In this document: piece by piece, positions 40,491-49,577 of the stretch
How the letters are laid out: each line of letters opens with the position of its first letter
Numbering within the stretch: position 1 is the first letter of the stretch
From: Leptonemataceae bacterium
Lineage (GTDB): Bacteria; Spirochaetota; Leptospiria; Leptospirales; Leptonemataceae
DNA: 64,000 bases
Direction: 5' to 3'
Assembly (NCBI GenBank): GCA_965227295.1
Contig: OZ245742.1
Span: 4,576,001-4,640,000 of the forward strand
The notes under the pieces: generated by a model
Told to the model about the DNA's origin: nothing
The model's input: only the letters and a program-made list of their open reading frames with translations
The model's database searches: none
Translations under genes and position numbers: made by a program

Positions 40491-41903
40491 ATGAGCGACA
40501 AACACGATCTCGTAGTCATCGGCGGCGGCCCTGGCGGGTACGTCTGCGCCATCCGCGCGGCCCAGCTCGGGCTGAACACGGCCATCGTGGAGAAACGCAG
40601 CACCCTGGGCGGCACCTGCGTCAACGTGGGCTGCATCCCCTCGAAGGCGTTGCTGGATTCCTCGCACAAGTATCACGACGCAAAAGAGGGTTTCGAGGCC
40701 CACGGCATCAGCGTGAAAGACGTCAAGATGGACGTGAAGAAGATGATGGAACGCAAGGTCCAGGTCGTCAAAGAACTGACCGACGGCCTCGACTTCCTCA
40801 TGAAAAAGAACAAGATCAAAGTGTATCGCGGCCACGGTTCTTTCGAAAGCGCGGAACCGGACAACATCAAGATCAAGGTCGAGGGCGAAGACTCGGGCAC
40901 CGTGAACACGCGACGCGCGGTCATCGCCACGGGCAGCGACGTCATCCGCCTGCCGAACATCGAGATCGACGAAGACAGCATCATCACCTCGGATCAGGCC
41001 ATCGCCCTGGAAAAAGTGCCCGAACACCTGGTCATCATCGGCGGTGGCGTAATCGGCCTGGAACTGGGCAGCGTATGGAACCGCCTCGGCGCGAAGGTTA
41101 CGGTCATTGAAATGTTGCCCGGAATCTTAATGGGCATGGACAAGAAGTTACGCGATCTCAGCACGCGCGTGCTGAAAAAGCAGGGTCTGGAATTCCTGTT
41201 CGAACACAAGGTGACGCGAGCCGAAAAGAAAGGCAAAAAGGTCAACATTACCGCCGAAGGTAAAGACGGCAAAGAACAGAAAATCGAAGCCGACAAACTC
41301 CTGGTCGCCGTCGGCCGCCGCCCGTACACCGACAAACTCAACGCCGAGAGCATCGGCGTGAAACTCACCGACCGCGGCCGGGTGGTCGTGGACCACGAAA
41401 GCCTGGAGACCGACTGCCCCGGCGTCTACGCCATCGGTGACGTGATCGACGGCGCCATGCTCGCGCACCGCGCCGAAGAAGAAGGCGTGAAGGTCGCCGA
41501 CATACTCGCCGGCAAGGCCGGACACGTGAACTACGATGCGATCCCCTGGGTGGTCTACACCTGGCCGGAGATCGCCTGGGTCGGCAAGTCCGAGGAAGAT
41601 CTGAAAAAAGACGGCGTCGAGGTTCGCACGGGTCAGTTCATGTTCAAACCCAACGGTCGCGCGAAGGCCATGAACGAGGGCGACGGCCTGGTCAAGTTCA
41701 TCGCGGACAAACGCACGGACAAGGTCCTGGGCGTATTCATCGTCGGCCCCAACGCTTCGGAGCTCATTGCCGAGGCGGCGGTGGCCGTGGAGTTCGGCGC
41801 ATCGGCGGAAGACATCGGCAAATCCTTTCACGCGCATCCGACGCTTTCAGAGGCGATGAAAGAGGCCGCCCTGGATGTCGGCAAAGAGTCCATCCACCAA
41901 TAA
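40491..41903 (+). CDS. lpdA: Dihydrolipoyl dehydrogenase E3
   Basis: GGGPGGY, GGTCVNVGCIPSK, GGGVIGLE, HAHPTLSE. Confidence 0.97.
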   Translation: MSDKHDLVVIGGGPGGYVCAIRAAQLGLNTAIVEKRSTLGGTCVNVGCIPSKALLDSSHKYHDAKEGFEAHGISVKDVKMDVKKMMERKVQVVKELTDGLDFLMKKNKIKVYRGHGSFESAEPDNIKIKVEGEDSGTVNTRRAVIATGSDVIRLPNIEIDEDSIITSDQAIALEKVPEHLVIIGGGVIGLELGSVWNRLGAKVTVIEMLPGILMGMDKKLRDLSTRVLKKQGLEFLFEHKVTRAEKKGKKVNITAEGKDGKEQKIEADKLLVAVGRRPYTDKLNAESIGVKLTDRGRVVVDHESLETDCPGVYAIGDVIDGAMLAHRAEEEGVKVADILAGKAGHVNYDAIPWVVYTWPEIAWVGKSEEDLKKDGVEVRTGQFMFKPNGRAKAMNEGDGLVKFIADKRTDKVLGVFIVGPNASELIAEAAVAVEFGASAEDIGKSFHAHPTLSEAMKEAALDVGKESIHQ

Positions 41904-41981
41904 CAAGCCCGGGCCGGAAGATCCTTCGTCTCGCGCCGACTCGCGGACCGTCACGACGACATAGGCCGGCACGGCTCATTT

Positions 41982-42710
41982 TTAACGCTCTATTCTCAAC
42001 ACCCCCGCCGCCGCCACGGCCACTACCGCCGCCGTCTCCACGCGTAAGATCGTCTGGCCGCAGGTTAAGATATCGACGCCCGTATGCTGCAACGCCGCGA
42101 CCTCATCCTCACTGAAACCTCCCTCCGGCCCCACGAAAAACGCCGCCGGCCGATCCGCCACCGACTTTTGTAGGAACTCCGACAATGGCCGTTCCCCCCG
42201 CGGGTCCAGGGCAAACCAGGCCTGGTCGCCCGGCCCGCCGGCCAGGGCGTCTGTAAGAGGTACTACATTTGCCACCGACGGCAGCCGGAACCGCCGGGAT
42301 TGCACGGCGGCTTCATAGACGATGCGCTCCGCCCGCTCCCGGGCAAAGCCGCGCTTCTGGCTATGCTCCGTCACAATGGGCCGGATTTCGCTAACGCCGA
42401 CTTCCACGGTTTTTTGCAACAACCAGTCCAGGCGTTTGCCCTCGGGCACGGCGGTGTAGAGGATGATGTCCGGTTCGTCGCGGACGCTCTCGGCGCCGTC
42501 GCCGCCTGGACTTGTAGGAGTTCCTACAATTACTGCAGGAGCATCGGGCGCGTCGGCCACTACGTAGCGCCGCCGCCGACGCCGTCCGTCTCCGACGAAA
42601 ACGACGTCCCCGGGCTGAAGCCGTCGGGCCCGGGCGTGCCGGTACTCGTCCGGTTCGAGGCGGAACTCCGGGGGAAACTCGTCGGGAATGTCCCGAAATA
42701 TCAGGAACAT
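41982..42710 (-). CDS. rsmE: 16S rRNA m3U1498 methyltransferase
   Basis: QKTVEVGV, EAAVQSRR, VGPEGGFS, ILRVETA. Confidence 0.9.
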   Translation of the reverse strand: MFLIFRDIPDEFPPEFRLEPDEYRHARARRLQPGDVVFVGDGRRRRRRYVVADAPDAPAVIVGTPTSPGGDGAESVRDEPDIILYTAVPEGKRLDWLLQKTVEVGVSEIRPIVTEHSQKRGFARERAERIVYEAAVQSRRFRLPSVANVVPLTDALAGGPGDQAWFALDPRGERPLSEFLQKSVADRPAAFFVGPEGGFSEDEVAALQHTGVDILTCGQTILRVETAAVVAVAAAGVLRIER

Positions 42711-42757
42711 GTCTTTTTACTTTACACCGAACCGCGGCGCGGAATTCTTGCGGGCGC

Positions 42758-42841
42758 GCCGAAGTGGCGGAATTGGTAGACGCAGCGGATTCAAAATCCG
42801 CCGGGAGCAATCCCTTGTCGGTTCAAGTCCGACCTTCGGCA
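42758..42841 (+). tRNA. tRNA-Leu(CAA)
   Basis: GCCGAAG/CTTCGGC acceptor stem; anticodon arm GCGGA-TTCAAAA-TCCGC; long variable arm; GTTCAAGTC T-loop; CCA not encoded. Confidence 0.95.
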
Positions 42842-42846
42842 CAATC

Positions 42847-43047
42847 CTACAGCAGCTTCTTAATGCAGTTCTGATTCGGGCAGCGCGAGTAGTCGATCAG
42901 ACACTCCCGAAATTGAATGCCGGTCAGCGCGTCGTCGGGGCGCAGTTCCACCAGGCAGTCCAGGCCCTCTTCTTCCCCCACTCGATCAAAAGCGGAAAGT
43001 TCACCGGCGGTGCGCGCGTGTGTGATGAGTTGTTCTTCGGTAATCAT
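42847..43047 (-). CDS. Small hypothetical protein (66 aa)
   Basis: GGAGG RBS upstream of the ATG; acidic, four Cys. Confidence 0.5.
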   Translation of the reverse strand: MITEEQLITHARTAGELSAFDRVGEEEGLDCLVELRPDDALTGIQFRECLIDYSRCPNQNCIKKLL

Positions 43048-43175
43048 ACGACCCTCCGTGGTCGCCGCGCCCTGAAACGACGCGGATCTGGCATTCGTGT
43101 GCAGTGGTGCGACTCCGGCACCGGATCTGTATAGGCGGACGCCTCCGGCGTCCTGGTGTTGTGTTGATTATCGGC

Positions 43176-44231
43176 TCAGTCCATGGTGGGACTGTAGAGC
43201 TGGATCTGGTTTCTACCGTTGCGTTTGCAGTGGTAGAGGGCCTTATCGGCGCGTTCGATCATGATTTTGCCGGTCTTTGCATCGGTCTTGCGATCGAAGA
43301 TGGTGACGCCGACGGAGAGCGTGACCTTCATCTCTTTGCCCTCGTGCATCACGGACATGCTTTCGATGGTGCGACGGATGTCCTCCGCCATCTTCATGGC
43401 AGTTTCTTCGTCGGCGCCGGGCATGATCATGCAGAATTCTTCGCCGCCGTAGCGCGCGGCCGTGTCCGACTTGCGGGCGGCGGCGTTGAGCACCCGGGCC
43501 ACGGCCTTGAGGACCTCATCCCCGGCCTGGTGACCGTGGGTGTCGTTGAAGACCTTGAACTTGTCGACGTCCGTGAGCATGAGCGCCAGGGGCGTTTTGC
43601 GTTTGATGGCTTTTTCCCGTTCTTCCCGAAAACGGCTCTGAAAGTAGGCGTGGTTCTTGAGCCCGGTCATCATGTCTACGGTGGCGCGTTCGTAGAGACG
43701 GGCATTCTCGACGGCAATGCCGGCCAGGGAGGCCAGGTCCACCAGGAAGGCGCGCTCGTCGTCCGGATACTCACCACCGACGACCTTCTCGCCGAGAACA
43801 ATGAGGCCGATGACCTTGCCTTTCACGCGCAGGGGCACCACCAGTTCGGAGCCGATCTCCCGCAGCAGACGAACCGAAGGGTCCTTCGGCACGTGCTCTT
43901 CCATTTCGCGCATGTTGAGGGACTTGCCCTGATTCTCGAAGTACTGCACGAGCGGCGAGGTCAGCGGCACCCGGTACTCATCCAGCCCCTTGATGAGCTC
44001 GAAGCCCTTGTAGCCGTGGACCAGGGCGATGACGTCCGAATCCATTTCCGGCGTCAAAAAGAGTGCGGCACTCAGGGTCTGCACCTGAGCCAGACACATG
44101 TCGAGGACGGCCTGGATGAGGTACTCGTAATCAAGCGTGGAGTTGAGCGCGCGAGAGATCTCCAGCAATTGCCGGAGATCGAAGATCTTTTTTTCGTAGT
44201 GCTGGATTTCCTCTGGGAGAGAGAGCGACAT
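43176..44231 (-). CDS. GAF-GGDEF diguanylate cyclase
   Basis: GAF (LVVPL..KGKVIG, ENARLY); DMMTGL, DVDKFKVFNDTHGHQAGD, RYGGEEF, ADKALY. Confidence 0.93.
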   Translation of the reverse strand: MSLSLPEEIQHYEKKIFDLRQLLEISRALNSTLDYEYLIQAVLDMCLAQVQTLSAALFLTPEMDSDVIALVHGYKGFELIKGLDEYRVPLTSPLVQYFENQGKSLNMREMEEHVPKDPSVRLLREIGSELVVPLRVKGKVIGLIVLGEKVVGGEYPDDERAFLVDLASLAGIAVENARLYERATVDMMTGLKNHAYFQSRFREEREKAIKRKTPLALMLTDVDKFKVFNDTHGHQAGDEVLKAVARVLNAAARKSDTAARYGGEEFCMIMPGADEETAMKMAEDIRRTIESMSVMHEGKEMKVTLSVGVTIFDRKTDAKTGKIMIERADKALYHCKRNGRNQIQLYSPTMD

Positions 44232-44364
44232 AGGCACGCCTGCAATGAAGGCCGGTTCAGAAGCATCCATATTTTCCCGCTGGAATTTCAGCTACTACCA
44301 AATTTCGAAAATTTTCTGGTTTCCCCGATTTCGGGCCGGAAAGCTGCTCACGCATGAATCCGTC

Positions 44365-44392
44365 TTGACCGGCAACCGCATTTCGAAATAAT
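44365..44392 (+). promoter_or_regulatory. sigma70-like promoter of the tRNA-Met pair
   Basis: TTGACC, 16-bp spacer, AATAAT, 11 nt before tRNA-fMet. Confidence 0.5.
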
Positions 44393-44403
44393 GGCCTGAA
44401 CAC

Positions 44404-44476
<73 letters not shown>

Positions 44477-44546
44477 ATTAAACCGGCCGAAACTTCCGAC
44501 AATGCCGACGACGGCAATCAGGGACTTTCGGCCGGTTTTGTGTTAC

Positions 44547-44620
<74 letters not shown>

Positions 44621-44712
44621 CATTCTTTTTTCTGCTGAAACGGGGAAGTGTTGATGTTGCTTGCGGTGCCGCCGTGCGGCACGCGAGCTTTCCGGAATAG
44701 GCGGCGCACGAC

Positions 44713-46653
44713 TCATTGCTTCAGCGTGTCTGCTTCGATTCCCGCCCTGCCCACAGGCAAGAACCATTCAAACGGTCCGGACAGAAACCGCCGGAATAAA
44801 ATCCACAGCAGCGCCCGTCCCTGTCCGAACGAAACGTCCCGCGAACGAAACGTAACGTACAATGTCAGGCCGAAGCTTACGAAGAAGTTCACGAAACCGA
44901 TCCCGATGATGCCCAACATCACGGAATAGACCACGCCCAGGTCCACCAGCTCAGGAGCATCCAGTACGACGACACCGAAGTGCGACGCCGAGAACGCGAT
45001 GTGCCGGATGTCAAAGGGAACACCGAAGATGATGCCCACGGTTCCCGCTGAGCCCAGGAGAAAGCCGAGTGCGGTGTTGCCCACGACACCGCTGGCATGT
45101 TTCACGACGAAACGAATAAAACGATCGCGGAACCGGCCGAGAAATTGCAGGCCTGGATGCACCTTGAGCCGCTCTTCAAATCGAACGTAGACGATTCTGT
45201 TTTCCACGGCCCCCTGGATCACCCCGGCCACAAAAAGAAAGACACCGGCAAAGGCCGCGTACAGCAGGGCCGGTGATTCCAGGGGATGGTTTTCGCCCAG
45301 GAGCTTCAGCGCCTTTGCGTCGTCCGCCGCGCGAATACCCAGGCTGTGCTCCAGCAGATAGCCGATGCAGAGGGCCGCGGGAAAGGCGCAGAGAATATTT
45401 CCCAGGAACGAAACGAACTGAGAGCGCCATACGAGAACGATGGTATCCGCAATACGCCGGAGGGCGGTGGTTCGTTCCGACGAGCCGTCAATCAATCGTG
45501 CGATCGTGGAAGCGGTGACGGCCGGTTGTTTGGTCGCCAGGATGGCGCCGGTCACGTAAATCAGAATAAAACATATGCTGTAGTTCAAGCCGTAGACGAC
45601 GGCTTCGGCGGCCAGCGGAAGATCGAGACCTGACAGAAACAGTTTCAGCACGGCGAACACTGCGACCAGGGCACCCCCGCCCATGGCAGCCATGAGAAAG
45701 GCCAGATACTCGCCGACCGTTCGACCGATGTACTTCTCGCCCTTGTCGGCGGTGTGTTCCGTCACCTGGAACGCAAGCAGGTCGAGATTTTGATCCACAA
45801 GACGCCGGAGGTCGCCCATGGTCTGCTCCGCCTGAATCAGATCTTTCATCAAGGGTACCACGGCGCGGACAAAGTCCCCGGACTTTCGCGGATGCACAAC
45901 ACACAGCAGTAAGTCGAAGCGATTCAGTTGCTGCAGGAGACGGCGGGTTACGCCGGTGAGTCGGACGCTGGTACCGTAGACCGCCTTGTGCGTTCGGAGG
46001 TACATGACCGTTTCGCGGCAGGCCCGGGAGATGTCGGCCACGGCTCGAAAGGTCTTCTTGCTCCCCGCCCCTCGACGATGGTCTTCCAGGAATCGTTGGG
46101 TGGAGGCCGAGAGTTCCAGGAAGGGGGAATCATAGGTGCCGATGCGTTGCAGGACTTCCTCGTCGATCCCGGTGGCGCCGATCTTCTGCGCCAGGGCTCG
46201 CAACGCGAACGCCGTGTCTTTATGCGGCCAGCCCTTCGTATCCCGGGCCTCCACGACGAACTCCAGCAACTCTTCCCAGAGAGAATCGGGAACGGCCTGG
46301 ACCCATTCCCAATCCGAACGGCGCGAAAAAATCTTCAGCAGGACCGGACGTAAATCGTCGTCGGGAGTAATCAGCGGCAGGACGGCCGCACCGAGTTGTT
46401 TCCGGATGCCGGCCAGAACTCCCCGCTCCGGCAAGACGCCGCTTTCCACGAGGGCGCGAATGAAACGCAGTCCCCCCGCGGTCTCACGTACGGTCTGTTT
46501 GAACTTCCGGGCACACTCCCGGTTTGCACGGAGAAAACGAATCAACTCACGCAGGCCGGCCTCGCGCTGCAACTCGCGACGGGGACGAATGAAGTCCACC
46601 AGGCGGCGGAGCAGATCTACGCCGTCATGATTGCGAAAGAGAGTTTCCGGCAC
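44713..46653 (-). CDS. Gcr-like ('site-specific recombinase'-annotated) membrane protein family
   Basis: TEHTADKGEKYI, AAMGGG, LNY, LATKQPAVTA, RSQFVSFLGN, LGFLLG, PFDIRHIAFS; many C-terminal TM segments. Confidence 0.75.
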   Translation of the reverse strand: MPETLFRNHDGVDLLRRLVDFIRPRRELQREAGLRELIRFLRANRECARKFKQTVRETAGGLRFIRALVESGVLPERGVLAGIRKQLGAAVLPLITPDDDLRPVLLKIFSRRSDWEWVQAVPDSLWEELLEFVVEARDTKGWPHKDTAFALRALAQKIGATGIDEEVLQRIGTYDSPFLELSASTQRFLEDHRRGAGSKKTFRAVADISRACRETVMYLRTHKAVYGTSVRLTGVTRRLLQQLNRFDLLLCVVHPRKSGDFVRAVVPLMKDLIQAEQTMGDLRRLVDQNLDLLAFQVTEHTADKGEKYIGRTVGEYLAFLMAAMGGGALVAVFAVLKLFLSGLDLPLAAEAVVYGLNYSICFILIYVTGAILATKQPAVTASTIARLIDGSSERTTALRRIADTIVLVWRSQFVSFLGNILCAFPAALCIGYLLEHSLGIRAADDAKALKLLGENHPLESPALLYAAFAGVFLFVAGVIQGAVENRIVYVRFEERLKVHPGLQFLGRFRDRFIRFVVKHASGVVGNTALGFLLGSAGTVGIIFGVPFDIRHIAFSASHFGVVVLDAPELVDLGVVYSVMLGIIGIGFVNFFVSFGLTLYVTFRSRDVSFGQGRALLWILFRRFLSGPFEWFLPVGRAGIEADTLKQ

Positions 46654-46711
46654 CGGACCAGAGACCGCTGCAATGGAAAATCCGCAACTACGAACGGCAC
46701 GCTTACGACGC

Positions 46712-47398
46712 CTACACCGCCGACTTCGCCTTTCGCCCCGCGGGTTTTTCGAACGGGTACTCCAGGTGACTCAAGCGCGCGATGTCCAGCATGCACTCAT
46801 GCAGGAACTCCTCGGGATCTTCGCGCCTTGAGTACAGGCGCACCGGTCCCGCGCGCAGGATCAACTCGGTGCGGCGAAAGCGACGCTTGCGGTACTCAAA
46901 GCCCAGGGGCAACACCTGGATGGGATCGACTGGTTTGCCGGCAATGAAGCGAAAGCCAGGTGAACGTCCGCGCCCCATGCGTTCTTGATAGAGGGTTTGC
47001 TCCGGAAAGAGGACGAGTACGTTACCGTCGTGGAGGACGCGCCGACCGAGCAAAAGATCACGTTTGCTCTTCTCGGGATTTTTTCGATCGATGGGGACGC
47101 CGCCGCACTTCAGGAAAAAACCACCGAAGATCGGCTTCGTGAGCTCGGTCTTCATGACACACCAGACGTCTTTGCGTCGACGCATGAGAACGTTGGCGTA
47201 TCCCAGGGGGATGTCCTCAAGCCGCTGGTGTTTGGGCAGGACCAGCAGCGGTCCGTCCACCGGGACGTACTCCAGGCCCTCCACGCGGATCTTATAGAAG
47301 AGCCGCAGAATCCAGCGGCCGAAGAAACTCAGCGCGTATGAGGGAAAGCGGCGTTTCCCGGGATGTCCGTCGTATTTTCGGTAGATTTTTTCCGACAC
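46712..47398 (-). CDS. Lysophospholipid acyltransferase (PlsC family)
   Basis: KHQRLED (HxxxxD), GGVPIDR, LFPEQT; start approximate. Confidence 0.82.
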   Translation of the reverse strand: MSEKIYRKYDGHPGKRRFPSYALSFFGRWILRLFYKIRVEGLEYVPVDGPLLVLPKHQRLEDIPLGYANVLMRRRKDVWCVMKTELTKPIFGGFFLKCGGVPIDRKNPEKSKRDLLLGRRVLHDGNVLVLFPEQTLYQERMGRGRSPGFRFIAGKPVDPIQVLPLGFEYRKRRFRRTELILRAGPVRLYSRREDPEEFLHECMLDIARLSHLEYPFEKPAGRKAKSAV

Positions 47399-47451
47399 AG
47401 GGAGACAGCCTGTCGATCGGGCTCCCGCGGGCAAGCACATTTTATTTAACG

Positions 47452-48405
47452 ATGTTAGAATACTCCCTGGCCATCCTGGTTCTACTGCTGATCGTGCTCC
47501 AGGTTCTCTGTGCCGGGCCGATTCTCGAAAGAGTCCTCCAGTTCCTGCTGCGCCGCCTGTTTTACCGGGACGTCTCCCTGGGATTTCGCGGACCGGGTCT
47601 GATCCTCCCCCTGCTCCGTTTCCAGGCCCGGGACTTCCGGCTCATGTTCCACGGCGAAATCGCCCACGACCGGGTCTATCTCGGCATCAAACGTCTGACC
47701 TTCCGCGTGGATCCGTTCTTTTTGCTGATCGGACGGCTGCGCATCACCCGCCTGGATCTCGTGGAACCGTACCTGGAGTATGTGAACCGCATGGAGTCGC
47801 ATCGCAAGAATGCGTTCTTGCCCCGGCGCCATCGCGTGGAGTTCAAGAATGCGCGCATTCAGAACGGCCGGCTCTTCATTCGCGACGACACCATGACGCC
47901 GACGTACCGCCTGGAGATGCGCGACATCGACGTGGAGAACATGGACGTGGACATCGCCACGTCGGTGGACTTTCTGTTTCGCACCGAACGCGGCGAGGCG
48001 TTGCTCGCCGGCGGCCGCATCGAAATCGGCACGCGTCGGGATGAAGGTTACATTCGCCTGCGCGACGTGAGTCTGCCGGGCATCGCTTCGATGGACAACA
48101 TCCCGTTCGTCGACGGCCGCATCTCGCTGACAGTCGCACATACCGGCGGTTCTTCCGGCCGGCACGTCCAGGGGGTCCTCGGGCCTTCCGCCGGCCTGCA
48201 CGATTCCTTTCGGGATCCGCATGAAGAGGGCGTCTTTACCTTCGAGTTCGATATCGACTGGAACGATTATCGCATTACGCTGGACCTGGGCATCCAGAAG
48301 TTGATTGAACGTTTGCTCATCAACGCCCGGGCCGGCTGGCTCGGCCAGGGCATCGTCCTCGGTTCGCGCGGGGTATTCGAGATGCTGAAGAAACCGGAAG
48401 CATAG
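47452..48405 (+). CDS. Hypothetical AsmA-like beta-rich protein
   Basis: N-terminal TM; LLIGRLRITRLDLVEP and IQNGRLFIRD patterns resemble AsmA-like proteins. Confidence 0.5.
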   Translation: MLEYSLAILVLLLIVLQVLCAGPILERVLQFLLRRLFYRDVSLGFRGPGLILPLLRFQARDFRLMFHGEIAHDRVYLGIKRLTFRVDPFFLLIGRLRITRLDLVEPYLEYVNRMESHRKNAFLPRRHRVEFKNARIQNGRLFIRDDTMTPTYRLEMRDIDVENMDVDIATSVDFLFRTERGEALLAGGRIEIGTRRDEGYIRLRDVSLPGIASMDNIPFVDGRISLTVAHTGGSSGRHVQGVLGPSAGLHDSFRDPHEEGVFTFEFDIDWNDYRITLDLGIQKLIERLLINARAGWLGQGIVLGSRGVFEMLKKPEA

Positions 48406-48428
48406 GTACGCAGACCGCTAACTTACGA

Positions 48429-49577
48429 TTACTTCGCATTACGCAGGCGACGAATGACCGACATGCGTTGTTCCACGATGTAGACCACGAAGCCCTGCAC
48501 CTTCGCCTCGCTGATGGGCCAGCGAAAGTAGTGGTCGTTGCGCCAGGAAACCCAGGTGACGGCGTTCGGCATGGGCAGGTCGCCGATCAACGAGATGCCG
48601 TCGTTCGGCCCGTACCGCACCAGATACTCGTAGTACGGTCGCGCACGATTGCTCACCGTCCGCCAGATCGGCACGCCGATGACGTTGATGACCAGCGTGT
48701 TCTCGGGCACGTCGGCCTCGAAGTTCAACGGTGAGTCTTCATCGAAGCGCATGGACATGAGGCCGTCCCAGTCGTAGCCGTTCAGACAAAAATAGGTGCG
48801 CGCCTCCCACTTGTTCGACCAATCGTCGTTCAGGGCGTTGACCAGGCGGCTGCCCCGATTGATGCCGCCGATGTTGTACCAGCCGATCACCTTTTCGAAG
48901 TACGGCTCGTGGCCGCAGAGCTTTACGGCGTACTTAATGTCGCTGGAACCCTTCGATACCGAAGACAGGATGATGGCGGTAACGTCGGTGCGGTTCTTAA
49001 GGTACTCGCAGACAAACTTTGCGTTCTCCTGCACCGTGCCGGTCTGGTCGACCTTTACCAGGTCCGACTTGAGGCCGATGGCTTCTACCAGGGTCCGAAG
49101 CTTCGCCCCGTCCGCCCCGATGTCGGGGTTGTCCGCGTAAAACATTCCCGGAACGTGGGCCAGCAGGATGTTCAGATCGCTGTAGTCCGGCGGGTTTTTT
49201 CCGATTTGTTCCTCTTTGCGTTCGAGGAAATCGTAAAAGGCCTTGTTTTTCCGGTCACGGAGCACCCGCGTATAAAAAACCGCGGCGGCCTTGTCTACGT
49301 CCTTGGTCTCCTGGGTGATCTCGTGCAGGACCTGGGCGTTCAGATCTTCCAGGCGCGGATTTTCTTTGTAGTCCTCCGCCCATTGCAGATACTCGAGTTC
49401 GTCCTCACACAGGTTCTCAATGTAGTAAGCGTCGGTTTCGCACTTTACGCTGATCTGCCGGTTTTGCGGGTCGTCGTGCTTGCGATCCACGCGGCAGGCG
49501 ACGGCGAACAACACCAGGCCGACGACGATTCCCACGCGCAGTACTGCCCGCATGAGATTGTTTTCGATGCGTTTCAT
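48429..49577 (-). CDS. Lipoprotein with alpha/beta-hydrolase-like motifs
   Basis: Lipobox AVAC; HVPGM, SVSKG (nucleophile-like), GPNDG, DHY. Confidence 0.6.
   Translation of the reverse strand: MKRIENNLMRAVLRVGIVVGLVLFAVACRVDRKHDDPQNRQISVKCETDAYYIENLCEDELEYLQWAEDYKENPRLEDLNAQVLHEITQETKDVDKAAAVFYTRVLRDRKNKAFYDFLERKEEQIGKNPPDYSDLNILLAHVPGMFYADNPDIGADGAKLRTLVEAIGLKSDLVKVDQTGTVQENAKFVCEYLKNRTDVTAIILSSVSKGSSDIKYAVKLCGHEPYFEKVIGWYNIGGINRGSRLVNALNDDWSNKWEARTYFCLNGYDWDGLMSMRFDEDSPLNFEADVPENTLVINVIGVPIWRTVSNRARPYYEYLVRYGPNDGISLIGDLPMPNAVTWVSWRNDHYFRWPISEAKVQGFVVYIVEQRMSVIRRLRNAK

Noticed and set aside
44713..46653. 'Site-specific recombinase' beside tRNA-Met as the integrase of a genomic island
   Set aside because: The protein is a multi-TM Gcr-like family member with no tyrosine (R-H-R-Y) or serine recombinase motifs. 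I saw no duplicated tRNA 3' end (att site), and the flanks look like core genes.
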